A DNA stretch of 64,000 bases from Eledone cirrhosa (GCA_964016885.1 OZ024743.1:117614001-117678000); one strand, 5' to 3'. Shown: positions 10,761 to 23,750, counted from the first letter of the stretch. Made by a program: numbers and translations. Notes: generated by a model not told the origin, from the letters alone.

Positions 10761-11098
10761 TAATAGTCTACTTTTGCTTTAGAAACATTACTAAAAAATC
10801 TGTATATTTAGGTTTACAGCTTGCATTTAGAATTATTTGTAACACTAATACATGTTTCAATATATTAGCCTGATAAAGATTAATTTTGCTTTACGTTACC
10901 TAAACCATTTCATCTCTACTGGATTGTATTTCACCAAAAATCTTCATATTTCTACCTTAAACGAACACTGATCATCATCTAATGGAACATATAAAGTGTA
11001 TGTTATAAAAAAAATTCAAATGTTTTAACAATCTAAAGTAGATTATATTTATGTTTGTTTAAGTTCTTTCGTAAATATACATTCAACACGCTCCATTG

Positions 11099-11171
11099 AT
11101 CCGGCTAGCTCAGTCGGTAGAGCTGGAGACACTTAATCTCAGAGTCCAGGGTTCGTGTCCAACGTTTGTTG
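11099..11171 (+). pseudogene. tRNA-Lys(CTT) pseudogene U9
   Basis: Array lesions plus acceptor-stem changes. Confidence 0.85.
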
Positions 11172-11566
11172 AAAATGGTATTGTTTCCATGATATGTTTT
11201 ATAAAATTGACATTAATATTAATGTTACGAAATAATTATATGGTACATTCATGTATCATGATCAATTGATATTCACCCTAAATATCTAATTGCAAAGCGA
11301 AATTTTCAGTGAGTTTTCAAAACATTCTTATATATTTATGAAATTATTTTGCTATAGGTATGATATGAATTTACTAATATTAATTTTAGTAAATAGAACT
11401 TGCAACGGGAATAAGCAAGTTCAATTCAAATATTTATATTTTACATAAAGATTACTCGTTTCTAAATCATAGATGATTATATTTCTCGAAGTATTTGTTT
11501 AATATAAATATATTGTGGCGATACTGATGTAATTATGACGTCAAATAGAGAACCACTAGCTGTACA

Positions 11567-11639
11567 GCCGAAATAGCTCAGTTGGGAGAGCGTTAGACTG
11601 AAGATCTAAAGGTCCCCTGTTCAATCCCGGGTTTCGGCA
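11567..11639 (+). tRNA. tRNA-Phe(GAA) U10
   Basis: Array consensus. Confidence 0.92.
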
Positions 11640-11945
11640 TGCAGACTTATTATTTTTTCAAATATTTCTAATGATTTTGATAGAGAACTATATATGATTT
11701 AAATAACAATTAATCGAATGGTTCCTTTGTCAGTCATCAAAAAGTCACTTTTATTTTAGTAGACACCAAATAATACCAACTATCAGCAAAACGTCATATA
11801 GTTCAGGTGTGTTTTTGAACATTTAGTTCCGATTCAATAAAAAAGGAATATTAGACGACAATATCAGCTATTCAGTTTATCAATTCAAATAATGTGTTGA
11901 ACATTCTAAACGAAACCGTCTATATATGAATGTATAGTAAGAGCT

Positions 11946-11951
11946 GTCTCT

Positions 11952-11985
<34 letters not shown>

Positions 11986-12019
11986 TGAAAGGTTGGTGGT
12001 TCAAGTCCACCCAGGGACG
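11946..12019 (+). tRNA. tRNA-Asn(GTT) U10
   Basis: Array consensus. Confidence 0.92.
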
Positions 12020-12357
12020 TAATAGTCTACTTTTGCTTTAGAAACATTACTAAAAAATCTGTATATTTAGGTTTACAGCTTGCATTTAGAATTATTTGTA
12101 ACACTAATACATGTTTCAATATATTAGCCTGATAAAGATTAATTTTGCTTTACGTTACCTAAACCATTTCATCTCTACTGGATTGTATTTCACCAAAAAT
12201 CTTCATATTTCTATCTTAAACGAACACTGATCATCATCTGATGGAACATATAAAGTGTATGTTATAAAAAAAATTGAAATGTTTTAACAATCTAAAGTAG
12301 ATTATATTTATGTTTGTTTAAGTTCTTTCGTAAATATACATTCAACACGCACCATTG

Positions 12358-12430
12358 ATCCCGCTAGCTCAGTCGGTAGAGCAGGAGACACTTAATCTCA
12401 GAGTCCAGGGTTCGTGTCCAACGTTGGGTG
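12358..12430 (+). pseudogene. tRNA-Lys(CTT) pseudogene U10
   Basis: Array lesions plus G5C. Confidence 0.85.
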
Positions 12431-12825
12431 AAAATGGTATTGTTTCCATGATATGTTTTATAAAATTGACATTAACATTAATATTACGAAATAATTATAT
12501 CGTACATTCATGTATCATGATCAATTGATATTCACCCTAAATATCTAATAGCAAAGCGAAATTTTCAGTGAGTTTTCAAAACATTCTTATATATTTATGA
12601 AATTATTTTGCTACAGGTATGATATGAATTTACTAATATTAATTTTAGTATATAGAACTTGCAACAGGAATAAGCAAGTTCAATACAAATAGTCATGTTT
12701 TACATAAAAATTACTCGTTTCTAAATCATAAATGATTATATTTCTCGAAGTATTTGTTTAATATAAATATATTTTGGCGATACTGATGTAATTATGACGT
12801 CAAATAGAGAGTCACTAGCTGTACA

Positions 12826-12890
12826 GCCGAAATAGCTCAGTTGGGAGAGCGTTAGACTAAAGGTCCCCTGTTCAATCCCGGGTTTCGGCA
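12826..12890 (+). pseudogene. tRNA-Phe pseudogene U11, anticodon deleted
   Basis: 8-nt deletion ttagact[gaagatct]aaagg removes the GAA anticodon. Confidence 0.92.
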
Positions 12891-13196
12891 TGCAGACGTA
12901 TTATTTTCTCAAATATTTCAAATGATTTTGATAGAGATCTATATATGATTTAAAGAACAATTAATCGAATGGTTCATTTGTCAGTCATTAAAAAGTCACT
13001 TTTATTTTAGTAGACACCAAAGAATATGAACTGTCAGCAAAATGTCATATAGTTCAGGTGTGTTTTTGAACATTTAGTTCCGATTCAATAAAAGAGGAAT
13101 ATTAGACGACAATATCAGCTATTCAGTTTATCAATTCAAATTATGTGTTGAACATTCTAAACAAAATTGTCTATATATGAATGTATAGCAAGAGCT

Positions 13197-13202
13197 GTCT
13201 CT

Positions 13203-13236
<34 letters not shown>

Positions 13237-13270
13237 TGAAAGGTTGGTGGTTCAAGTCCACCCAGGGACG
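13197..13270 (+). tRNA. tRNA-Asn(GTT) U11
   Basis: Array consensus. Confidence 0.92.
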
Positions 13271-13608
13271 TAATAGTCTACTTTTGCTTTAGAAACATGA
13301 CTAAAAAATCAGTATATTTAGGTTTACAGCTTGCATTTAGAATTATTTGTAACACTAATACATGTTTCAATATATTAGCCTGATAAAGATTAATATTGCT
13401 TTACGTTACCTAAACCATTTAATCTCTACTGGATCGTATTTCACCAAAAATCTTCATTTTTCTATCTTAAACGAACACTGATCATCATCTGATGGAACAT
13501 ATAAAGTGCATGTTATAAAAAAAATTCAAATGTTTTAACAATCTGAAGTAGATTATATTTATGTTTGTTTAAGTTCTTTCGTAAATATACATTCAGCACG
13601 CACCATTG

Positions 13609-13681
13609 ATCCGGCTAGCTCAGTCGGTAGAGCAGGAGACACTTAATCTCAGAGTCCAGGGTTCGTGTCCAACGTTGGGTG
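13609..13681 (+). pseudogene. tRNA-Lys(CTT) pseudogene U11
   Basis: Array lesions. Confidence 0.85.
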
Positions 13682-14076
13682 AAAATGGTATTGTTTCCAT
13701 GATATGTTTTATAAAATTGACATTAATATTAATATTACGAAATAATTATATGGTACATTCATGTATCATGAACAATTGATATTCACCCTAAATATCTAAT
13801 TGCAAAGCGAAATTTTCAGTGAGTTTTCAAAGCATTCTTATATATTTATGAAATTATTTTGCTATAGGTATGATATGAATTTACTAATATTAATTTTAGT
13901 ATATAGAACATGCAACAGGAATAAGCAAGTTCAATTCAAATATTTATGTTTTACATATAAATTACTCGTTTCTAAATCATAAATGATTATATTTCTCGAA
14001 GTATTTGTTTAATATAAATATATTGTGGCGATACTGATGTAATTATGACGTCAAATAGAGAGTCACTAGCTGTACA

Positions 14077-14149
14077 GCCGAAATAGCTCAGTTGGGAGAG
14101 CGTTAGACTGAAGATCTAAAGGTCCCCTGTTCAATCCCGGGTTTCGGCA
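14077..14149 (+). tRNA. tRNA-Phe(GAA) U12
   Basis: Array consensus. Confidence 0.92.
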
Positions 14150-14455
14150 TGCAGACTTATTATTTTCTCAAATATTTCTAATGATTTTGATAGAGAACTA
14201 TATATGATTTAAATAACAAATAATCGAATGGTTCCTTTGTCAGTCATCAAAAAGTCACTTTTATTTTAGTAGACACCAAATAATACCAACTATCAGCAAA
14301 ACGTCATATAGTTCGGGTGTGATTTTGAACATTTAGTTCCGATTCAATAAAAGAGGAATATTAGACGACAATATCAGCTATTCAGTTTATCAATTCAAAT
14401 AATGTGTTGAACATTCTAAACGAAACCGTCTATATATGAATGTATAGTAAGAGCT

Positions 14456-14461
14456 GTCTCT

Positions 14462-14495
<34 letters not shown>

Positions 14496-14529
14496 TGAAA
14501 GTTTGGTGGTTGAAGTCCACCCAGGGACG
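14456..14529 (+). tRNA. tRNA-Asn(GTT) U12, damaged
   Basis: G46T, C56G (B box). Confidence 0.75.
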
Positions 14530-14873
14530 TAATAGTCTACTTTTGCTTTAGAAACATTACTAAAAAATCTGTATATTTAGGTTTACAGCTTGCATTTAGA
14601 ATTATTTGTAACACTAATACATGTTATAATACAATATATTAGCCTGGATAAAGATTAATTTTGCTTTACGTTACCTAAACCATTTCATCTCTACTGGATT
14701 GTATTTCACCAAAAATCTTCATATTTCTATTTTAAACGAACACTAATCATCATCTGATGGAACATATAAAGTGTATGTTATAAAAAAAATTCAAATGTTT
14801 TAACAATCTAAAGTAGATTATATTTATGTTTGTTTAAGTTCTTTCGTAAATATACATTCAGCACGCACCATTG

Positions 14874-14946
14874 ATCCGGCTAGCTCAGTCGGTAGAGCAG
14901 GAGACACTTAATCTCAGAGTCCAGGGTTCGTGTCCAACGTTGGGTG
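14874..14946 (+). pseudogene. tRNA-Lys(CTT) pseudogene U12
   Basis: Array lesions. Confidence 0.85.
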
Positions 14947-15341
14947 AAAATGGTATTGTTTCCATGATATGTTTTATAAAATTGACATTAATATTAATAT
15001 TACGAAATAATTATATGGTACATTCATGTATCATGAACAATTGATATTCACCCTAAATATCTAATTGCAAAGCGAAATTTTCAGTGAGTTTTCAAAGCAT
15101 TCTTATATATTTATGAAATTATTTTGCTATAGGTATGATATGAATTTACTAATATTAATTTTAGTATATAGAACATGCAACAGGAATAAGCAAGTTCAAT
15201 TCAAATATTTATGTTTTACAAAAAAATTACTCGTTTCTAAATCATAAATGATTATATTTCTCGAAGTATTTGTTTAATATAAATATATTGTGGCGATACT
15301 GATGTAATTATGACGTCAAATAGAGAGTCACTAGCTGTACA

Positions 15342-15414
15342 GCCGAAATAGGTCAGTTGGGAGAGCGTTAGACTGAAGATCTAAAGGTCCCCTGTTCAAT
15401 CCCGAGTTTCGACA
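15342..15414 (+). tRNA. tRNA-Phe(GAA) U13, damaged
   Basis: C11G, G64A, G71A. Confidence 0.72.
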
Positions 15415-15720
15415 TGCAGACTTATTATTTTCTCAAATATTTCTAATGATTTTGATAGAGAACTATATATGATTTTAATAACAAATAATCGAATGGTTCC
15501 TTTGTCAGTCATCAAAAAGTCACTTTTATTTTAGTAGACACCAAATAATACCAACTATCAGCAAAACGTCATATAGTTCAGGTGTGTTTTTGAACATTTA
15601 GTTCCGATTCAATAAAAGAGGAATATTAGACGACAATATCAGCTATTCAGTTTATCAATTCAAATAATGTGTTGAACATTCTAAACGAAACCGTCTATAT
15701 ATGAATGCATAGTAAGAGCT

Positions 15721-15794
15721 GTCTCTGTGGCGCAATCGGTTAGCGTGTTCGGCTGTTAACTGAAAGGTTGGTGGTTCAAGTCCACCCAGGGACG
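15721..15794 (+). tRNA. tRNA-Asn(GTT) U13
   Basis: C25T (G:U wobble). Confidence 0.88.
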
Positions 15795-16131
15795 TAATAG
15801 TCTACTTTTGCTTTAGAAACATTACTAAAAAATCTGTATATTTAGGGTTACAGCTTGCATTTAGAATTATTTTAACACTAATACATGTTTCAATATATTA
15901 GCCTGATAAAGATTAATTTTGCTTTACGTTACCTAAACCATTTCATCTCTACTGGATTGTATTTCACCAAAAATCTTCATATTTCTCTCTTAAACGAACA
16001 CTGATCATCATCTGATGGAACATATAAAGTGTATGTTATAAAAAAAATTCAAATGTTTTAACAATCTAAAGTAGATTATATTTATGTTTGTTTAAGTTCT
16101 TTCGTAAATATACATTCAGCACGCACCATTG

Positions 16132-16204
16132 ATCCGGCTAGCTCAGTCGGTAGATCAGGAGACACTTAATCTCAGAGTCCAAGGTTCGTGTCCAACGTTG
16201 GGTG
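16132..16204 (+). pseudogene. tRNA-Lys(CTT) pseudogene U13
   Basis: Array lesions plus G24T, G51A. Confidence 0.85.
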
Positions 16205-16599
16205 AAAATGGTATTGTTTCCATGATATGTTTTATAAAATTGACATTAATATTAATATTACGAAATAATTATATGGTACATTCATGTATCATGATCAATT
16301 GATATTCACCCTAAATTTCTAATAGCAAAGCGAAATTTTCAGTGAGTTTTCAAAGCATTCTTATATATTTATGAAATTATTTTGCTATAGGTATGATATG
16401 AATTTACTAATATTAATTTTAGTATATAGAACATGCAACAGGAATAAGCAAGTTCAATACAAATATTTATGTTTTACATATAAATTACTCGTTTCTAAAT
16501 CATAAATGATTATATTTCTCGAAGTATTTGTTTAATATAAATATATTGTGGCGATACTGATGTAATTATGACGTCAAATAGAGAGTCACTAGCTGTACA

Positions 16600-16672
16600 G
16601 CCGAAATAGCTCAGTTGGGAGAGCGTTAGACTGAAGATCTAAAGGTCCCCTGTTCACTCCCGGGTTTCGGCA
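16600..16672 (+). tRNA. tRNA-Phe(GAA) U14, damaged
   Basis: A58C (B box). Confidence 0.78.
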
Positions 16673-16978
16673 TGCAGACTTATTATTTTCTCAAATATTT
16701 CTAATGATTTTGATAGAGAACTATATATGATTTAAATAACAAATAATCGAATGGTTCCTTTGTCAGTCATCAAAAAGTCACTTTTATTTTAGTAGACACC
16801 AAATAATACCAACTATCAGCAAAACGTCATATAGTTCAGGTGTGTTTTTGAACATTTAGTTCCGATTCAATAAAAGAGGAATATTAGACGACAATATCAG
16901 CTATTCAGTTTATCAATTCAAATAATGTGTTGAACATTCTAAACGAAACCGTCTATATATGAATGTATAGTAAGAGCT

Positions 16979-16984
16979 GTCTCT

Positions 16985-17018
<34 letters not shown>

Positions 17019-17052
17019 TGAAAGGTTGGTGGTTCAAGTCCACCCAGGGACG
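16979..17052 (+). tRNA. tRNA-Asn(GTT) U14
   Basis: Array consensus. Confidence 0.92.
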
Positions 17053-17390
17053 TAATAGTCAGCTTTTGCTTTAGAAACATTACTAAAACATCTGTATATT
17101 TAGGTTTACAGCTTGCATTCAGAATTATTTGTAACACTAATACATGTTTCAATATATTAGCCTGATAAAGATTAATTTTGCTTTACGTTACCTAAACCAT
17201 TTCATCTCTACTGGATTGTATTTCACCAAAAATCTTCATATTTCTATTTTAAACGAACACTAATCATCATCTGATGGAACATATAAAGTGTATGTTATAA
17301 AAAAAATTCAAATGTTTTAACAATCTAAAGTAGATTATATTTATGTTTGTTTAAGTTCTTTCGTAAATATACATTCAGCACGCACCATTG

Positions 17391-17463
17391 ATCCGGCTAG
17401 CTCAGTCGGTAGATCAGGAGACACTTAATCTCAGAGTCCAAGGTTCGTGTCCAACGTTGGGTG
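17391..17463 (+). pseudogene. tRNA-Lys(CTT) pseudogene U14
   Basis: Array lesions plus G24T, G51A. Confidence 0.85.
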
Positions 17464-17858
17464 AAAATGGTATTGTTTCCATGATATGTTTTATAAAATT
17501 GACATTAATATTAATATTACGAAATAATTATATGGTACATTCATGTATCATGATCAATTGATATTCACCCTAAATATCTAATAGCAAAGCGAAATTTTCA
17601 GTGAGTTTTCAAAGCATTCTTATATATTTATGAAATTATTTTGCTATAGGTATGATATGAATTTACTAATATTAATTTTAGTATATAGAACATGCAACAG
17701 GAATAAGCAAGTTCAATTCAAATATTTATGTTTTACATATAAATTACTCGTTTCTAAATCATAAATGATTATATTTCTCGAAGTATTTGTTTAATATAAA
17801 TATATTGTGGCGATACTGATGTAATTATGACGTCAAATAGAGTGTCACTAGCTGTACA

Positions 17859-17931
17859 GCCGAAATAGCTCAGTTGGGAGAGCGTTAGACTGAAGATCTA
17901 AAGGTCCCCTGTTCACTCCCGGGTTTCGGCA
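17859..17931 (+). tRNA. tRNA-Phe(GAA) U15, damaged
   Basis: A58C (B box). Confidence 0.78.
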
Positions 17932-18237
17932 TGCAGACTTATTATTTTCTCAAATATTTCTAATGATTTTGATAGAGAACTATATATGATTTAAATAACA
18001 AATAATCGAATGGTTCCTTTGTCAGTCATCAAAAAGTCACTTTTATTTTAGTAGACACCAAATAATACCAACTATCAGCAAAACGTCATATAGTTCAGGT
18101 GTGTTTTTGAACATTTAGTTCCGATTCAATAAAAGAGGAATATTAGACGACAATATCAGCTATTCAGTTTATCAATTCAAATAATGTGTTGAACATTCTA
18201 AACGAAACCGTCTATATATGAATGTATAGTAAGAGCT

Positions 18238-18243
18238 GTCTCT

Positions 18244-18277
<34 letters not shown>

Positions 18278-18311
18278 TGAAAGGTTGGTGGTTCAAGTCC
18301 ACCCAGGGACG
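18238..18311 (+). tRNA. tRNA-Asn(GTT) U15
   Basis: Array consensus. Confidence 0.92.
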
Positions 18312-18649
18312 TAATAGTCAGCTTTTGCTTTAGAAACGTTACTAAAAAATCTGTATATTTAGGTTTACAGCTTGCATTCAGAATTATTTGTAACACTAAT
18401 ACATGTTTCAATATATTAGCCTGATAAAGATTAATTTTGCTTTACGTTACCTAAACCATTTCATCTCTACTGGATTGTATTTCACCAAAAATCTTCATAT
18501 TTCTATTTTAAACGAACACTAATCATCATCTGATGGAACATATAAAGTGTATGTTATAAAAAAAATTCAAATGTTTTAACAATCTAAAGTAGATTATATT
18601 TATGTTTGTTTAAGTTCTTTCGTAAATATACATTCAGCACGCACCATTG

Positions 18650-18722
18650 ATCCGGCTAGCTCAGTCGGTAGAGCAGGAGACACTTAATCTCAGAGTCCAG
18701 GGTTCGTGTCCAACGTTGGGTG
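18650..18722 (+). pseudogene. tRNA-Lys(CTT) pseudogene U15
   Basis: Array lesions. Confidence 0.85.
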
Positions 18723-19117
18723 AAAATGGTATTGTTTCCATGATATGTTTTATAAAATTGACATTAATATTAATATTACGAAATAATTATATGGTACATT
18801 CATGTATCATGAACAATTGATATTCACCCTAAATATCTAATTGCAAAGCGAAATTTTCAGTGAGTTTTCAAAGCATTCTTATATATTTATGAAATTATTT
18901 TGCTATAGGTATGATATGAATTTACTAATATTAATTTTAGTATATAGAACATGCAACAGGAATAAGCAAGTTCAATTCAAATATTTATGTTTTACATATA
19001 AATTACTCGTTTCTAAATCATAAATGATTATATTTCTCGAAGTATTTGTTTAATATAAATATATTGTGGCGATACTGATGTAATTATGACGTCAAATAGA
19101 GAGTCACTAGCTGTACA

Positions 19118-19190
19118 GCCGAAATAGCTCAGTTGGGAGAGCGTTAGACTGAAGATCTAAAGGTCCCCTGTTCAATCCCGGGTTTCGACA
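19118..19190 (+). tRNA. tRNA-Phe(GAA) U16
   Basis: G71A. Confidence 0.82.
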
Positions 19191-19496
19191 TGCAGACTTA
19201 TTATTTTCTCAAATATTTCTGATGATTTTGATAGAGAACTATATATGATTTAAATAACAAATAATCGAATGGTTCCTTTGTCAGTCATCAAAAAGTCACT
19301 TTTATTTTAGTAGACACCAAATAATACCAACTATCAGCAAAACGTCATATAGTTCAGGTGTGTTTTTGAACATTTAGTTCCGATTCAATAAAAGAGGAAT
19401 ATTAGACGACAATATCAGCTAGTCAGTTTATCAATTCAAATAATGTGTTGAACATTCTAAACGAAACCGTCTATATATGAATGCATAGTAAGAGCT

Positions 19497-19502
19497 GTCT
19501 CT

Positions 19503-19536
<34 letters not shown>

Positions 19537-19570
19537 TGAAAGGTTGGTGGTTCAAGTCCACCCAGGGACG
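19497..19570 (+). tRNA. tRNA-Asn(GTT) U16
   Basis: Array consensus. Confidence 0.92.
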
Positions 19571-19905
19571 TAATAGTCTACTTTTGCTTTAGAAACATTA
19601 CTAAAAAATCTGTATATTTAGGGTTACAGCTTGCCTTTAGAATTATTTTAACACTAATACATGTTTCAATATATTAGCCTGATAAAGATTAATTTTGCTT
19701 TACGTTACCTAAACCATTTCATCTCTACTGGATTGTATTTCACCAAAAATCTTCATATTTCTATCTTAAACGAACACTGATCATCATCTGATGGAACATA
19801 TAAAGTGTATGTTATAAAACAAATTCAAATGTTTTAACAATCTAAAGTAGATTATATTTGTTTGTTTAAGTCCTTTCGTAAATATACATTCAGCACGCAC
19901 CATTG

Positions 19906-19978
19906 ATCCGGCTAGCTCAGTCGGTAGAGCAGGAGACACTTAATCTCAGAGTCCAGGGTTCGTGTCCAACGTTGGGTG
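19906..19978 (+). pseudogene. tRNA-Lys(CTT) pseudogene U16
   Basis: Array lesions. Confidence 0.85.
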
Positions 19979-20373
19979 AAAATGGTATTGTTTCCATGAT
20001 ATGTTTTATAAAATTGACATTAATATTAATATTACGAAATAATTATATGGTACATTCATGTCTCATGATCAATTGATATTCACCCTAAATATCTAATTGC
20101 AAAGCGAAATTTTCAGTGAGTTTTCAAAGCATTCTTATATATTTATGAAATTATTTTGCTATAGGTATGACATGAATTTACTAATATTAATTTTAGTATA
20201 TAGAACATGCAACAGGAATAAGCAAGTTTAATTCAAATATTTATGTTTTACAAAAAAATTACTCGTTTCTAAATCATAAATGATTATATTTCTCGAAGTA
20301 TTTGTTTAATATAAATATATTGTGGCGATACTGATGTAATTATGACGTCAAATACAGAGTCACTAGCTGTACA

Positions 20374-20446
20374 GCCGAAATAGCTCAGTTGGGAGAGCGT
20401 TAGATTGAAGATCTAAAGGTCCCCTGTTCAAGCCCGGGTTTCGGCA
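20374..20446 (+). tRNA. tRNA-Phe(GAA) U17
   Basis: C32T, T59G. Confidence 0.86.
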
Positions 20447-20752
20447 TGCAGACGTATTATTTTCTCAAATATTTCTAATGATTTTGATAGAGAACTATAT
20501 ATGATTTAAATAACAATTAATCGAATGGTTCCTTTGTCAGTCATCAAAAAGTCACTTTTATTTTAGTAGACACCAAATAATACCAACTATCAGCAAAACG
20601 TCATATAGTTCAGGTGTGTTTTTGAACATTTAGTTCCGATTCAATAAAAGAGGAATATTAGACGACAATATCAGCTATTCAGTTTATCAATTCAAATAAT
20701 GTGTTGAACATTCTAAACGAAACCGTCTATATATGAATGTATAGTAAGAGCT

Positions 20753-20758
20753 GTCTCT

Positions 20759-20792
<34 letters not shown>

Positions 20793-20826
20793 TGAAAGGT
20801 TGGTGGTTCAAGTCCACCCAGGGACG
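20753..20826 (+). tRNA. tRNA-Asn(GTT) U17
   Basis: Array consensus. Confidence 0.92.
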
Positions 20827-21164
20827 TAATAGTCAGCTTTTGCTTTAGAAACGTTACTAACAAATCTGTATATTTAGGTTTACAGCTTGCATTCAGAATT
20901 ATTTGTAACACTAATACATGTTTCAATATATTAGCCTGATAAAGATTAATTTTGCTTTACGTTACCTAAACCATTTCATCTCTACTGGATTGTATTTCAC
21001 CAAAAATCTTCATATTTCTATTTTAAACGAACACTGATCATCATCTGATGGAACATATAAAGTGTATGTTATAAAAAAAATTCAAATGTTTTAACAATCT
21101 AAAGTAGATTATATTTATGTTTGTTTAAGTTCTTTCGTAAATATACATTCAGCACGCACCATTG

Positions 21165-21237
21165 ATCCGGCTAGCTCAGTCGGTAGAGCAGGAGACACTT
21201 AATCTCAGAGTCCAGGGTTCGTGTCCAACGTTGGGTG
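21165..21237 (+). pseudogene. tRNA-Lys(CTT) pseudogene U17
   Basis: Array lesions. Confidence 0.85.
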
Positions 21238-21632
21238 AAAATGGTATTGTTTCCATGATATGTTTTATAAAATTGACATTAATATTAATATTACGAAATA
21301 ATTATATGGTACATTCATGTATCATGAACAATTGATATTCACCCTAAATATCTAATTGCAAAGCGAAATTTTCAGTGAGTTTTCAAAGCATTCTTATATA
21401 TTTATGAAATTATTTTGCTATAGGTATGATATGAATTTACTAATATTAATTTTAGTATATAGAACATGCAACAGGAATAAGCAAGTTCAATTCAAATATT
21501 TATGTTTTACATATAAATTACTCGTTTCTAAATCATAAATGATTATATTTCTCGAAGTATTTGTTTAATATAAATATATTGTGGCGATACTGATGTAATT
21601 ATGACGTCAAATAGAGAGTCACTATCTGTACA

Positions 21633-21705
21633 GCCGAAATAGCTCAGTTGGGAGAGCGTTAGACTGAAGATCTAAAGGTCCCCTGTTCAATCCCGAGTTT
21701 CGACA
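21633..21705 (+). tRNA. tRNA-Phe(GAA) U18, damaged
   Basis: G64A, G71A. Confidence 0.75.
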
Positions 21706-22011
21706 TGCAGACTTATTATTTTCTCAAATATTTCTAATGATTTTGATAGAGAACTATATATGATTTAAATAACAAATAATCGAATGGTTCCTTTGTCAGT
21801 CATCAAAAAGTCACTTTTATTTTAGTAGACACCAAATAATACCAACTATCAGCAAAACGTCATATAGTTCAGGTGTGTTTTTGAACATTTAGTTCCGATT
21901 CAATAAAAGAGGAATATTAGACGACAATATCAGCTAGTCAGTTTATCAATTCAAATAATGTGTTGAACATTCTAAACGAAACCGTCTATATATGAATGCA
22001 TAGTAAGAGCT

Positions 22012-22017
22012 GTCTCT

Positions 22018-22051
<34 letters not shown>

Positions 22052-22085
22052 TGAAAGGTTGGTGGTTCAAGTCCACCCAGGGACG
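22012..22085 (+). tRNA. tRNA-Asn(GTT) U18
   Basis: Array consensus. Confidence 0.92.
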
Positions 22086-22420
22086 TAATAGTCTACTTTT
22101 GCTTTAGAAACATTACTAAAAAATCTGTATATTTAGGGTTACAGCTTGCATTTAGAATTATTTTAACACTAATACATGTTTCAATATATTAGCCTGATAA
22201 AGATTAATTTTGCTTTACGTTACCTAAACCATTTCATCTCTACTGGATTGTATTTCACCAAAAATCTTCATATTTCTATCTTAAACGAACACTGATCATC
22301 ATCTGATGGAACATATAAAGTGTATGTTATAAAACAAATTCAAATGTTTTAACAATCTAAAGTAGATTATATTTGTTTGTTTAAGTCCTTTCGTAAATAT
22401 ACATTCAGCACGCACCATTG

Positions 22421-22493
22421 ATCCGGCTAGCTCAGTCGGTAGAGCAGGAGACACTTAATCTCAGAGTCCAGGGTTCGTGTCCAACGTTGGGTG
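22421..22493 (+). pseudogene. tRNA-Lys(CTT) pseudogene U18
   Basis: Array lesions. Confidence 0.85.
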
Positions 22494-22888
22494 AAAATGG
22501 TATTGTTTCCATGATATGTTTTATAAAATTGACATTAATATTAATATTACGAAATAATTATATGGTACATTCATGTCTCATGATCAATTGATATTCACCC
22601 TAAATATCTAATTGCAAAGCGAAATTTTCAGTGAGTTTTCAAAGCATTCTTATATATTTATGAAATTATTTTGCTATAGGTATGACATGAATTTACTAAT
22701 ATTAATTTTAGTATATAGAACATGCAACAGGAATAAGCAAGTTTAATTCAAATATTTATGTTTTACAAAAAAATTACTCGTTTCTAAATCATAAATGATT
22801 ATATTTCTCGAAGTATTTGTTTAATATAAATATATTGTGGCGATACTGATGTAATTATGACGTCAAATAGAGAGTCACTAGCTGTACA

Positions 22889-22961
22889 GCCGAAATAGCT
22901 CAGTTGGGAGAGCGTTAGATTGAAGATCTAAAGGTCCCCTGTTCAAGCCCGGGTTTCGGCA
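22889..22961 (+). tRNA. tRNA-Phe(GAA) U19
   Basis: C32T, T59G. Confidence 0.86.
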
Positions 22962-23267
22962 TGCAGACGTATTATTTTCTCAAATATTTCTAATGATTTT
23001 GATAGAGAACTATATATGATTTAAATAACAATTAATCGAATGGTTCCTTTGTCAGTCATCAAAAAGTCACTTTTATTTTAGTAGACACCAAATAATACCA
23101 ACTATCAGCAAAACGTCATATAGTTCAGGTGTGTTTTTGAACATTTAGTTCCAATTCAATAAAAGAGGAATATTAGACGACAATATCAGCTATTCAGTTT
23201 ATCAATTCAAATAATGTGTTCAACATTCTAAACGAAACCGTCTGTATATGAATGTATAGTAAGAGCT

Positions 23268-23341
23268 GTCTCTGTGGCGCAATCGGGTAGCGCGTTCGGC
23301 TGTTAACTGAAAGTTTGGTGGTTGAAGTCCACCCAGGGACG
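23268..23341 (+). tRNA. tRNA-Asn(GTT) U19, damaged
   Basis: T20G, G46T, C56G. Confidence 0.75.
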
Positions 23342-23677
23342 TAATAGTCTACTTTTGCTTTAGAAACATTACTAAAAAATCTGTATATTTAGGTTTACAG
23401 CTTGCATTTAGAATTATTTGTAACACTAATACATGTTTCAATATATTAGCCTGATAAAGATTAATTTTGCTTTACGTTACCTAAACCATTTCATCTCTAC
23501 TGGATTGTATTTCACCAAAAATCTTCATATTTCTATCTTAAACGAACACTGATCATCATCTGATGGAACATATAAAGTGTATGTTATAAAACAAATTCAA
23601 ATGTTTTAACAATCTAAAGTAGATTATATTTGTTTGTTTAAGTCCTTTCGTAAATATACATTCAGCACGCACCATTG

Positions 23678-23750
23678 ATCCGGCTAGCTCAGTCGGTAGA
23701 GCAGGAGACACTTAATCTCAGAGTCCAGGGTTCGTGTCCAACGTTGGGTG
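23678..23750 (+). pseudogene. tRNA-Lys(CTT) pseudogene U19
   Basis: Array lesions. Confidence 0.85.

Larger units (their letters stand above)
18300..23100 (+). repeat. Two-unit (~2,515 bp) duplication (approximate bounds)
   Basis: Markers gtcagctttt, gctagtcag, gggttacag, aaaacaaattc, tgtctcatg and Phe C32T/T59G recur at +2,515. Confidence 0.75.
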
